A program made the translations under genes and the position numbers. A DNA stretch of 53,200 nt, filler included, from Corallochytrium limacisporum Hawaii (taxonomy: Eukaryota; Protista; Pluriformea), in NCBI GenBank assembly GCA_002811645.1. It is 3 parts of 3 records of this genome, joined end to end, with 100 filler letters (N's around TTAATTAATTAA, not from the genome) between each part and the next. Parts side by side here need not be neighbours in the genome. Positions count along the whole stretch, not along the records: positions 42,283 to 53,200 come from PDIP01000093.1; 2 more parts are not named here. One strand, given 5' to 3'. Under the pieces are notes generated by a model. That model saw only the letters and a program-made list of their open reading frames with translations, searched no databases and was not told the DNA's origin. How positions within the stretch are numbered: position 1 is the stretch's first letter; each line of letters starts with the position of its first letter. Shown piece by piece: positions 43,856 to 53,200 of the stretch.

Positions 43856-45112
43856 TCATTGCAAACTCATTTCATGCAGATATCGCTCCCAAACAGTCAG
43901 GGATGGCACAAGAGCACTGATATCCCCAACTTGAGAGACTATGGAGGCCTCAAATGCGGCATTCCTTACGGAGGCCATGGCATGATGAACGACTAGTGTC
44001 ACGACCATCGGATTGGCGATCAATAAGGGCGTGCCTTCATTGGACAGAGCAGCCGCCTGCAAGGTCCTTTGCGCCTCTCTCTTCGAATTGTGATACCAGC
44101 CCCAAACAAGATTGAAGCCGTCCTCGTCTACGCTGTTGTCCCTTTCGACGGTAAGGAAGGGAGTGTGTATCCACTTTGCATAGTCCAGTGCAACATCGCC
44201 ATCAACACCCCGACAGTACAAGATGATCAAATTGGATTGGGCGAGACTGTCAGTGAGCTCTGTCGATATCGAGAATGTACACACCGCCACCAACACCAGG
44301 AGGTCTCGCTCACTGTCCAAAAACAGATCCATGGCATGTTGTACAGTTCTAAGCAGGCTCTCTGGAGTGTCGACCTGATCTACGAAGACTGTGGAAATTA
44401 CACCACTGTCTTGGTCACCATCACAGTCTACGCCTTGACACAGGAGGAAAGCCGTCAGAGAAGGGAATCCGACACACAGTTTCTTTGAGTCGGTTTCAAA
44501 TGCAAATCCTGTCCGCAAGAAGCTCAAACTTGCCGAGCTCTGATGTAGTAACGGTCTGTCAACAGCTGCCTGGCTTATCACAGCGAATATGTATGTTGAC
44601 ATATTCCGTTTGACATTGTGCAGTTCCCAGAATCGAGTACAGCCTCGGTTACAGGGGCTCAGGCTCTTAATTTTGGCTTTACCGCAGGCGCTGCTCGTAA
44701 TTTCGCGACAAAGAAGAAATCTTGTCAGTACCAGCCTCTTATAGTTCCGTTCAATTTGTGACTTTGCCGCTTGCGTCCTGTAGTATTTCCTCGTCTCGAT
44801 GGCTTCATAGAACGATAGAGCTCGTTCGAGATGAACACGGTCTCCAGTACTGAGTGCATAGTGTTGGTAGATCTGCCCAATTCTTGACGCAATGGCCCCA
44901 ATCTCGGCCCTTGTCAAACCATACCCTGCTGCCGACAATAGGTTGTTCCTATGCTTCTGTTGGTACTTCCACACGTCGCCGTATAGCCTGAATGCCGTGG
45001 CATATCCTGAAGCACCACGTTGATTTGCATCCCGAAGACTTTCGAAGACAGTATCAGCCGCAACGAGGAGATCATAAAACTCCTTCGCCACGGTTTCTAC
45101 CGCCTTTGTCAT
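43856..45112 (-). CDS. SCAI: SCAI-family protein (divergent)
   Basis: FESLRD...VWKYQQKHR...YGLTRAEIGAIASRIGQIYQHY...ALSFYEAIETRKYY matches the recalled SCAI N-terminal block. Start is ATG 45112 or 45154. Confidence 0.82.
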   Translation of the reverse strand: MTKAVETVAKEFYDLLVAADTVFESLRDANQRGASGYATAFRLYGDVWKYQQKHRNNLLSAAGYGLTRAEIGAIASRIGQIYQHYALSTGDRVHLERALSFYEAIETRKYYRTQAAKSQIERNYKRLVLTRFLLCREITSSACGKAKIKSLSPCNRGCTRFWELHNVKRNMSTYIFAVISQAAVDRPLLHQSSASLSFLRTGFAFETDSKKLCVGFPSLTAFLLCQGVDCDGDQDSGVISTVFVDQVDTPESLLRTVQHAMDLFLDSERDLLVLVAVCTFSISTELTDSLAQSNLIILYCRGVDGDVALDYAKWIHTPFLTVERDNSVDEDGFNLVWGWYHNSKREAQRTLQAAALSNEGTPLLIANPMVVTLVVHHAMASVRNAAFEASIVSQVGDISALVPSLTVWERYLHEMSLQ

Positions 45113-46108
45113 GACTTCCCCACCATCGTTGGATCGTTGGCAATGCCTATACATCGGCAATAACTACAGTGCAGCCGTAGTCTTGAATACCTAGCATATT
45201 AGGAATGCTTTCGGTGTCGGCGACCAGGAGACCGTACTCGGCAATTCCCGTGAACACCCAGTGAGGGAGAAAGAAGGTAAGGGGTGCCCTTCGACTCAAC
45301 CCATGGGAAGGGCTGCGATCGGGAACTCACAAATTGAGTCCGATTCCCCCTTACGTCGCTCCTTCTGCCGTCGTTTGTACGAGTTCGTGTGCGCGCTTAC
45401 TGCAACAATATGCCTGGTGGATTTTCGGCTGGCATAGTTTCCACCCTCGCTTCGTCTCATATCGCCGGCCCACAGAGAATATGTGTTTCAGACGAAAAGG
45501 ATTGGCGCCCCCGTTTTCTTGGTAGAAGCGGCTTTTTGCGTACTGCGAGATAGAGGGACGGAAGCGCTCAAAGCACCGTCAGAATTCATCGGTTCCGGCG
45601 TTCTCATATAATTGGCCGGACATTCCGCCGCTATAAAGTTGCCTGGTTAGACCACAGTCACCAAAAACAGGCCCCCCCCCCTTGCGGAGGAAGAGGGGAG
45701 GGGCGCCGGGCGCACAAACCACAGGTTGGTTAGCCTGCTGTTCTCTATTGTGCGGCTCCAACTATGGCATACCTGTGCGGGTTGCAAGGCAATCGAAATG
45801 TCAATAACGTCTGCCCAAGATGAAACTCTGACCACCCACGGCACCAAGAGGAGCAAATCACCAACGCAGACCTTTGCTGGAAATAAGCGACAAAGTGCAA
45901 AACTGCAACTGTTCTACAGCGAACGTTATGACTTCAACTGGATCAGGTATTGAGCATGCGACGTCATGCATACTAGTCGACTACGGCTGGGAGTAAACGT
46001 AGGAAAGTGATGCCAGCGACGGGGATAAGTAACAAGTAACGGAAACGACACGAAAGGGACACAGCCATGAATAGCCACAACTTAAGTCCGTAAACATTTT
46101 ACTCGCCG

Positions 46109-48040
46109 ATGAATGCGGCATCAGACGTGGAACCTGGCCTACGGATCTACTGTAGTTCGATCCAGTCAGTGCCATGGCGGCGGGAGGCTTCTTCGTCTAT
46201 AGTGGAGGTTAAGACTCTGACTAGTACTAGTCAGTCATTGCCTAATTTGCGACACTCTGCTGACGATGAGGATACTCGACAAATATCTGGATCGCCTGGT
46301 ACACAAAGGTCAGACCCAGAGCATAAATATTTGCATTCAAGAAGCGCTCGTAGGCTGACACGACTGCTGTCCAAAGTAGACAGTACGGAAAGCACTATAG
46401 ATCTAGATCTGTGCCGCAAAAGTCTCACAGACATACCGTTCAACACGATTAGCAATGATGACTGTGTTACCTTACGACTTCAGGGCAACTTCATTAGTCA
46501 ACTATCCCCGGAGGTGACTCGCCTCGGTCAGTTGAAAGTACTGCGGCTGGACAATAATCTTCTAACAGCCTTGCCGAAGGAGATTGGCCATTTGACGAAT
46601 CTGCGTCAACTGAGCATAATGGGTAATAGAATTCGGGCCTTGCCAGAGACAATGGCGAAGTTGATTTACTTGGAAATACTTGACATTAGCCACAATCAGA
46701 TTGCAACACTCGGTGAAACCATTGGTCAGCTAAGACAACTGCGGATTTTGAATGCTGAAGACAATTGCATTGATCATATCATGGAGACTGCCTTTGAGGA
46801 CTGTCATTGGCACCGCCCACTTGAACGCTTAGAAGAACTTTATCTTGGTATTAACGCATTGAATGACCTGCCCTCAAGTCTTTTCAAACTTGGGAACTTG
46901 CGAATTTTGGACGTGCATTCCAATCGTCTAGAACCCATGACGCCGTATCCGTTTGCCCAACTGACAAATTTAGTGCACCTGGATCTCTGGAGCAATCCCC
47001 AGCTAGAAATGCAGTGGCAAGAACTTCAGACCCTGTCCCTGTTACAGAAATTGAACTTAGGAAAGACAAGGACGAATGAACCGGCCGGGCTCGCGCACTT
47101 GGCCCACCTCTCGGAACTACGACTTACCTATCTGGCCATGTCTACTGTACCCGCGGCGCTGGGTGACTACCTTCCATGTATCCGCACCCTCGACCTTTCT
47201 TTCAACAAGTTGACTGAGATACCGACTGCTGTGTGTGCATTACACCACTTGGAGCGTCTGAACCTTGACAACAACATGATTCATAGGATAACCGATAGCG
47301 TGGCTTCTCTCCGCACACTACAGGTCCTGTCCTTGAGTGGCAATTGCCTAGAGTTCTTGCCTGGCACACTGTTCCAACTGTCTCAGCTTCGGGAGCTACA
47401 CATTGCCAATAACTGTCTCATGGTTATTCCTGAAGAAATTAATCGGCTGACCAACCTCAGAGCCCTGGACGTCTCTGGGAATCCCGAGCTGCGGATGCTC
47501 CCCGTTTCAGTGTGTGACCTTGAAGAATTGAGTACCGTGAATATCAATTCCTTCAGTTTCCCGGAGGGCGAAAACGGTTCCAACGGCACTGAGGTCCAGC
47601 CGTCACTGGAAGATGGCTTCAGAGTATTTTTTGGCCGAAAGGGGCTTTTTCCCAGGGTAGCTTCGGCGACAAAGTCGCCTCCGACCCTATACAATCTTTG
47701 TAAGGTAAAGGTGCATGATAGCCTGCTGCATATAGATGAAGCAGATTCTCAATCCACCGACAACAATACCAATTTCGCACTGCACGATATTCCCATTGCA
47801 GTTGCAGTGGATATACTTAGTGCCAAAGCATGTTTGCATTGCAAGAAGTGCCTCCACGCGGAAAATTGTCATCAGTTTGTCACCACAGCACACACAATGC
47901 TCTCCCGTAGGCGACATGAAGAGCGTCAAGCATATCCGTGGTTTTACTACATCTATGTGGAAAGTCACGCCTGTTCCAATTCATGCGCTAAGGCGTTAAG
48001 CCCGATCAGCGCTATATACTGCAGGTTGCAGACTGACTAA
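46109..48040 (+). CDS. Leucine-rich repeat protein with C-terminal BC-box and Cys cluster (LRR1/LRRC58-like)
   Basis: About 15 LxxLxLxxN repeats, then PPTLYNLC...DIPIAVAVDILSAKACLHC...HACSNSC. Confidence 0.85.
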   Translation: MNAASDVEPGLRIYCSSIQSVPWRREASSSIVEVKTLTSTSQSLPNLRHSADDEDTRQISGSPGTQRSDPEHKYLHSRSARRLTRLLSKVDSTESTIDLDLCRKSLTDIPFNTISNDDCVTLRLQGNFISQLSPEVTRLGQLKVLRLDNNLLTALPKEIGHLTNLRQLSIMGNRIRALPETMAKLIYLEILDISHNQIATLGETIGQLRQLRILNAEDNCIDHIMETAFEDCHWHRPLERLEELYLGINALNDLPSSLFKLGNLRILDVHSNRLEPMTPYPFAQLTNLVHLDLWSNPQLEMQWQELQTLSLLQKLNLGKTRTNEPAGLAHLAHLSELRLTYLAMSTVPAALGDYLPCIRTLDLSFNKLTEIPTAVCALHHLERLNLDNNMIHRITDSVASLRTLQVLSLSGNCLEFLPGTLFQLSQLRELHIANNCLMVIPEEINRLTNLRALDVSGNPELRMLPVSVCDLEELSTVNINSFSFPEGENGSNGTEVQPSLEDGFRVFFGRKGLFPRVASATKSPPTLYNLCKVKVHDSLLHIDEADSQSTDNNTNFALHDIPIAVAVDILSAKACLHCKKCLHAENCHQFVTTAHTMLSRRRHEERQAYPWFYYIYVESHACSNSCAKALSPISAIYCRLQTD

Positions 48041-48311
48041 TTTCCCAAATTTGTTGAAAGGGGGAAGGATTTGAATTGAATACAATTTATAGACTCCCTG
48101 TTGATTGAATTGTTGTTATATTCATGAACAATAATATTCTAGGCCATTCTTATTTGAAGTTATTTGTTTACATCCCGGGGCAATTTGCATATATACCTAG
48201 GATACGCTCCATTCAAGAATAACGAAGGAAATTAATTGGCTAATGTGCGAAGCACCATGTATTCTTTATTTTCCGAAAAGCATCGATCCCTACGCGTGAG
48301 CATGGGTCCTT

Positions 48312-50033
48312 TCACGTCGTTGAAGCCGTCTGAACAAGGGCCTTTGATGCAGGATATTGCCGTTGAGCGCTCCATACTGGTGCCGCGTGTTCGTGAATGT
48401 AGCGTTTGATGACCCAGAAATTAGGGCGAGCATCGGGATTGAACTTGCGACAACGTCGAACCAATTCGCAATAGAATTCATCTGCGCAAGTATCGGGCAT
48501 AGGATCAACTTGTCCCTTCTGAATTCTTGCGATGACTTCTTTTGTGTCTGCAATGGTATCGTAGGGGATTCGCCGGGTCATAATTTGCCATAAAATGACT
48601 CCAAAGGCGTACACATCCGATTTCGATGTACAAGGGAAGAAGTTCATGACCTCCGGGCTCCGCCATCGAGTGGACCCAAGTTTGGAGTAGTCACCAGAGT
48701 GTTCCACGTGCAACACATCTTTCATCTTTGCAATGCCAAAATCGGCAAGTTTTGGGGCCATGTTCTCGTCCAACAAAATATTTGCCGGCTTCAGGTCCCG
48801 ATGGATTACATCATAAGCATGGAGGAAACTCAAACCGCAGGCGATGTCATGTGCAAAGCTCCACATTTCTGCTGAGGTAAAGGGTTCATCCCGACGCCTG
48901 CGCAACAGAACCTCAAGGGAACCGTTCGGCATGTACTCCATGACAATATTGAGCTCTCCCTTTGGCCCAACCATCGCCCCGTACAGACTAACAATTTGGC
49001 GGTGGCGACCCATCACGTTCATTACCTTCAACTCATGCTCGAATGAACGCTTCAGGGCTGCCTGACTAGGTGCTTTTGAATCCATAAACTTTTTGACAGC
49101 GCATGGCTTGCCTCCCCATACTCCCTTGAAGACCTGTGCAAACCCACCGCGGCCGATCATCTGTTCCATCTTAATTTCATCATTCTGAATATAACGTACA
49201 TCGATGGCATCCAGTGCATCTTGCAGATTATCTTTCGCAGTGGAAGACACCTGACGCTTCTTTAGAACCTTCATGTGAAAACCATCTAGAGCCTCACGGT
49301 ATGCCAGCCAGTCCTTTTGCATCTGCTTCAATCCAGAAGTAGTGGCCATGCGAGCACTGACGTACTTCGGTAACTTGTAGCGCGGTGTGACCCTCAGTTT
49401 GATCCACGCCTCACGTACCCTGTCCAAGCTGTGGGCAAACCTCACGCTGGTGGCCCTAAGCGGAGCCTGGTTCACAAGAAGAGGATTGCTTCCCAAAATG
49501 CGCAGGATGTAACTCATACTGACTAGAGACTCTGCGATCTTGAGACGCAGTTGAGCGTCTGACCGGTCCACATCTTTTCCTGATTCTTTGTATACTTGAA
49601 TGGCCTTAAGGTCAATAGGAGTGGCGTCGACGGTGTTCTCCAATAACACATCATTGTGCTTGTCTGTCCCATACAGGGCAGCAAACAATGCCTGCATCGA
49701 ACGTGAGACTTTGTTGTATACTTGTTCTGAAGGAGCTGGCTCAATATTCGCACAGGAGCTCTGTACGTGTTCAAAGATTTCGTCCGCCCGCGCAGCAGTG
49801 GCCGTAGAATTCGTAGAATCCGCGATCAGGCTCAAGCCCGACTTTCGTGTCTCCTTGATGTTCGCGCTCGCGCCCTCATTCTGGTTACTTGTTGCATGTC
49901 GGTGACAATTTTCATCATCATTCCTATTCTGCTGACAGTCAGCGTCAACTTCTTTGTCTAATGTGACATCTTCGTCATCATTGTGAAGTTTATCCTGCAA
50001 TATTGCCTTCGGCTCTGCTACAGCTGCTGCCAT
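48312..50033 (-). CDS. TKL-group Ser/Thr kinase with N-terminal helical bundle
   Basis: GRGGFAQV, AVKK, IHRDLKPANILL, DFG, RWRSPE and KSDVYAFGVILWQI. First ATG at 50033. Confidence 0.92.
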   Translation of the reverse strand: MAAAVAEPKAILQDKLHNDDEDVTLDKEVDADCQQNRNDDENCHRHATSNQNEGASANIKETRKSGLSLIADSTNSTATAARADEIFEHVQSSCANIEPAPSEQVYNKVSRSMQALFAALYGTDKHNDVLLENTVDATPIDLKAIQVYKESGKDVDRSDAQLRLKIAESLVSMSYILRILGSNPLLVNQAPLRATSVRFAHSLDRVREAWIKLRVTPRYKLPKYVSARMATTSGLKQMQKDWLAYREALDGFHMKVLKKRQVSSTAKDNLQDALDAIDVRYIQNDEIKMEQMIGRGGFAQVFKGVWGGKPCAVKKFMDSKAPSQAALKRSFEHELKVMNVMGRHRQIVSLYGAMVGPKGELNIVMEYMPNGSLEVLLRRRRDEPFTSAEMWSFAHDIACGLSFLHAYDVIHRDLKPANILLDENMAPKLADFGIAKMKDVLHVEHSGDYSKLGSTRWRSPEVMNFFPCTSKSDVYAFGVILWQIMTRRIPYDTIADTKEVIARIQKGQVDPMPDTCADEFYCELVRRCRKFNPDARPNFWVIKRYIHEHAAPVWSAQRQYPASKALVQTASTT

Positions 50034-52045
50034 TGTAGCGATCACGCACAACAGGTCTACAATGTCTGTCAAAAATTCTCGAACTTGATTTCCTTGTGCA
50101 GATCTGGTCCCGGCTGAAAGGTTATGGCTTCAGTCCCATTTTGGCCATATTGCGGTGTTGATAACATGCATAGGGAACGCTTACGTTCTGGTAATGCGTA
50201 ACCCGCCGCGCCGATTCTGAAACACCATGCACCCCATTCAGAAAGTGTAAAGAAAACTATCCGAAACAACTGCACTAATAAATTTGTGTAGGGATCTGTT
50301 AGGGTGTACTAGCACTGTGTTGGTGTGGTTGTTCGATATGCAGCAAAGTCGTACAGGAGGGACCCTAGATGTGAATCATGAGGGGAACGCGGTCAGAGTG
50401 TCATCAACCACCATTTCAGTGCGTGCGTACACGCCACCTTGCCCACCAGGGAAACGCTACCAAACTCTTACTCATAAGCACATCACAAGTAGTGTGCGAG
50501 GACACACCATATACTGCATACCGCAATCTCTGAGTCCGTCGCCGTTTTTGCGGAACACACGTTTTTGTTTCCTCTCCCAGTTTCTGCGCTCTCCATTCCA
50601 GTTCCATTGAAAGAGGGTTCGATTTCAACATCTCCCTTTCCCCCTGCTTCGTTCTGCATGGATCTTCCTGATAAGTAAGGAAACGACGGGCTCTGGGTTG
50701 GGTTTGAGGTCTACAGCGTATACTTCTGGGATTCGAACGAGGGCCTGTGCAATTGGTCTGTCTGGTTATGGTGTCGATTCGGTTCTTGATCTCCTTGACG
50801 GTTACACAGTTGCACACATCAGATGTAAAGGCGGTGGACCTCGTTTGACGTCGAACTGAACGGAGCCTGAAAACAAGAATTACAACGGCCAGATGTACGT
50901 CCCGTCAGCGGAGTTTCCTCCTGTCGAGTATTTGTTTTATTTGTCACATGGCTGGTTGTTCAAGCGCTAAAGGAGTCGCCTGACGAAGTGAGGTGCGAGG
51001 GTAGCAACTTAGAGCATTCGTACTCTCCAACGAGTTGACTGGAGAGCTTGGGTTGGGTGTCTCTCCACTGGCTCCACCCCACCCACTCTCTCGCGCTTTC
51101 AATCTATAGTCGATTAGCCAGAGGGCACACAGCACGGGGGGTGGGAACAATTCGTAGAGAGACTATGTGACAATTGATTGCTTCAGGTGGTTTGGCTATC
51201 CCCGGCGTGAAAGGTGAAATTGTTTGTCGCCGTGTCCCCCACCTCCCCTTCGTCCTTTGGCTGGATATCTCTATAGTGGCTGGACGTGAAAGCTGTTTCA
51301 TCCGCTGCCCACAACGTTTCACAAGGGGAACCATCGTGGGGACATATTCTCGTGCAAAAGCCCAACTGCTTCGAAATCATGTGCACTTAGATAATATGGT
51401 ACCCGGTTTAATATGTGGCCGGGTCACCTTGAGATAAGAATATGCGGGAAGGCGGACGAGGGATCGAGCCGGGAGAACACCCACGGCCGTCGAAAATGGA
51501 ACCCGCTGCACTGGTCGATGATACTCAACCCACAGGAGTGGCGGTTTCTTGTGCTTAGGCAGGGTTGTGTCAAATTGGCGAACTCGAATGCCGTGTACAA
51601 TAGTTTACACAGAGAATGGAGGCATGTCCAGTCTAGCTTTCGCCAACGTTCACCCTGCAAGCAATTGATGATGGTCGGCGCAGGGCGATTACTGTCTGGA
51701 GATGCAAATCTAGTTGAATTCCTTTATGTATCAAGTGCAATCCACAAAACCATAGTCCTGGTGATTGATGACATGTTGTGAGTGCGTGTATACATGAATG
51801 GATGCTGTGCATTGTGTGGATGTTTGATGAACGGCGCTGTGATCGGCTTGTGCCTGTCTGTCGTTCTCTCACTTGAAGCCTTTCTTGTCCACGGGCAAAT
51901 AATCCACGTATTGATTAGAAATTCAGGCGCGAAATTTTCGGCTTACTCCCCCACCATCGGGGTGATTCTGGTCACTCTGTCGAGGATGCAGACGCAACGC
52001 CCCGAGCTTGGGAGGCAAGTTGACTTGTTTAAATGCTCTGAAATA

Positions 52046-52522
52046 CTAATGAGTATTCCCTTGCTCGAGTAGAGGAGAAATTGCGTGATGAAGAACCAGC
52101 ATCATCTGTTGCAATTTTGCAACATCCTCCTTCACAGTGGCTAGATCTGTGTTGTCAACATTTCTCTTCCTCGTCAAGGGCACTGAATAATCTTGCTGCC
52201 GGCCCAATTTGTAGTTCTTCACCGCAGTGTTACTCAAATAGAAAGCATGCTTTCCGTTTTCACCAAGTTGAGGTGCATATAATCCAAGTTCGGCGTTGCA
52301 GATAGCACAATTGAGGGGAATACATAACTGTCCCTCCAAATATGCATCGCGATCACTGGGGCACCGAATTTGGCCCCCCCGGCATTCAGTTGCTTCAGTA
52401 ACGGTATTGAGGATCACCCACTCCTCTCCGGAAGCAGCGATGGGCTGCAATTTTGCCGTAGAATCGCCAATAAGTGCACCGCACTGGCTACAAAGATAGA
52501 CGCCCGCCTCGATGGTCATCAT
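52046..52522 (-). CDS. MIS18: MIS18-family centromere licensing protein (Yippee-like Zn domain plus C-terminal helix)
   Basis: VYLCSQCGALIGDS...LNCAICNAELG...FYLSNTAVKNYKLG followed by the amphipathic helix VKEDVAKLQQMMLVLH. Confidence 0.78.
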   Translation of the reverse strand: MMTIEAGVYLCSQCGALIGDSTAKLQPIAASGEEWVILNTVTEATECRGGQIRCPSDRDAYLEGQLCIPLNCAICNAELGLYAPQLGENGKHAFYLSNTAVKNYKLGRQQDYSVPLTRKRNVDNTDLATVKEDVAKLQQMMLVLHHAISPLLEQGNTH

Positions 52523-53200
52523 TGGTCCGTCTGCATTCGCGGCCGATAATTCTCGTGCTATTCTTCAAATTGATCGTTTGGATCTTTTTATAACAATTTG
52601 GTTAAACTTATCATCAATTACTGTACTTCCTTACTGAAATCAAAATATTGCTTGTGTCGTAGAGGCTAACCCATTTTCCTAACAGCAGGCTTGAGCTGAA
52701 CTGGAGGCTGGACCAGAAGGGGATCCGAAGAGAGGGGCAGGTGACCTCACGCCCCAGCAAGGGAGTGAAGCGTAGGTCTGCGGGTAAGGGGGTAGCGGAA
52801 TTGCCAGCAGCCCGCCCCACCATCCTCCCCAACCACCTAGGCCTCTTCCAGGTACCTTTCGTCACTGCCAGCCACTTGGACTTCGCTGGTAGCGAAAGTA
52901 CCGAAAACGCCACGAGCAGCGGTTAGCCGGTCCGGAGCCACCTTCTGCCTCCTCCCTGCTCCCCCCCCTTCTAGCTCAATGGCATATGGTAGTGGTAGTA
53001 TGGGTACTGTTGACATTCGTCGTCTCGGGCGGAATGGCTGGCACAGTAGTGAAAGTGCTGATGCGCAGGAAATTTAGCGAAACGGGGCCCACTCCCCTTC
53101 TTGATCCCTCCGAGGTGGTCGTGCCATTACCACCCTCTGTCTGGGAATATTGTATCAAATCTACTCTTTTTGATTTAGCTCTGCCGTCGCTTGGGAGAGC

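Noticed and set aside
50728-50738. Minus-strand GTTCGAATCCC T-loop/B-box motif
   Set aside because: The flanks do not form a T-stem or cloverleaf, so it is not a tRNA.
50284-52040. Short ORFs between the kinase and MIS18, including an ILNRVP fragment reminiscent of copia integrase
   Set aside because: Many stops and no other integrase or RT motifs recognised.

Overview
Gene-dense eukaryotic nuclear DNA with 21 supportable protein-coding genes. All but one appear free of coding introns. Genes: MAPK15/ERK7, SCCPDH-like, DEK, PA-TM-RING E3, RBBP5/SWD1, USP14, Eis-like acetyltransferase, an unknown coiled-coil protein, CEP83, a CYP4-clan P450, an anoctamin, ATG8, ARMT1/DUF89, FATP, RABGGTA, VIT1/CCC1, NIPSNAP, SCAI, a BC-box LRR protein, a TKL kinase and MIS18. 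Animal-like gene content plus near absence of introns suggests an intron-poor unicellular opisthokont, perhaps a holozoan such as Corallochytrium; this is inference. Two 100-bp N/TTAATTAATTAA/N spacers are artificial contig joins, so adjacency across them is unverified. Main leads: (1) an intact kinase with a predicted MLKL-like four-helix bundle; (2) a bacterial-type Eis acetyltransferase, probably from horizontal transfer; (3) basal-body genes CEP83 and MAPK15; (4) introns apparently confined to gene 5' ends; (5) sense-strand G-quadruplex motifs about 250-360 bp upstream of several starts; (6) a small dispersed motif-plus-hairpin element. All homology calls come from motif recognition and recalled sequences, not database searches.
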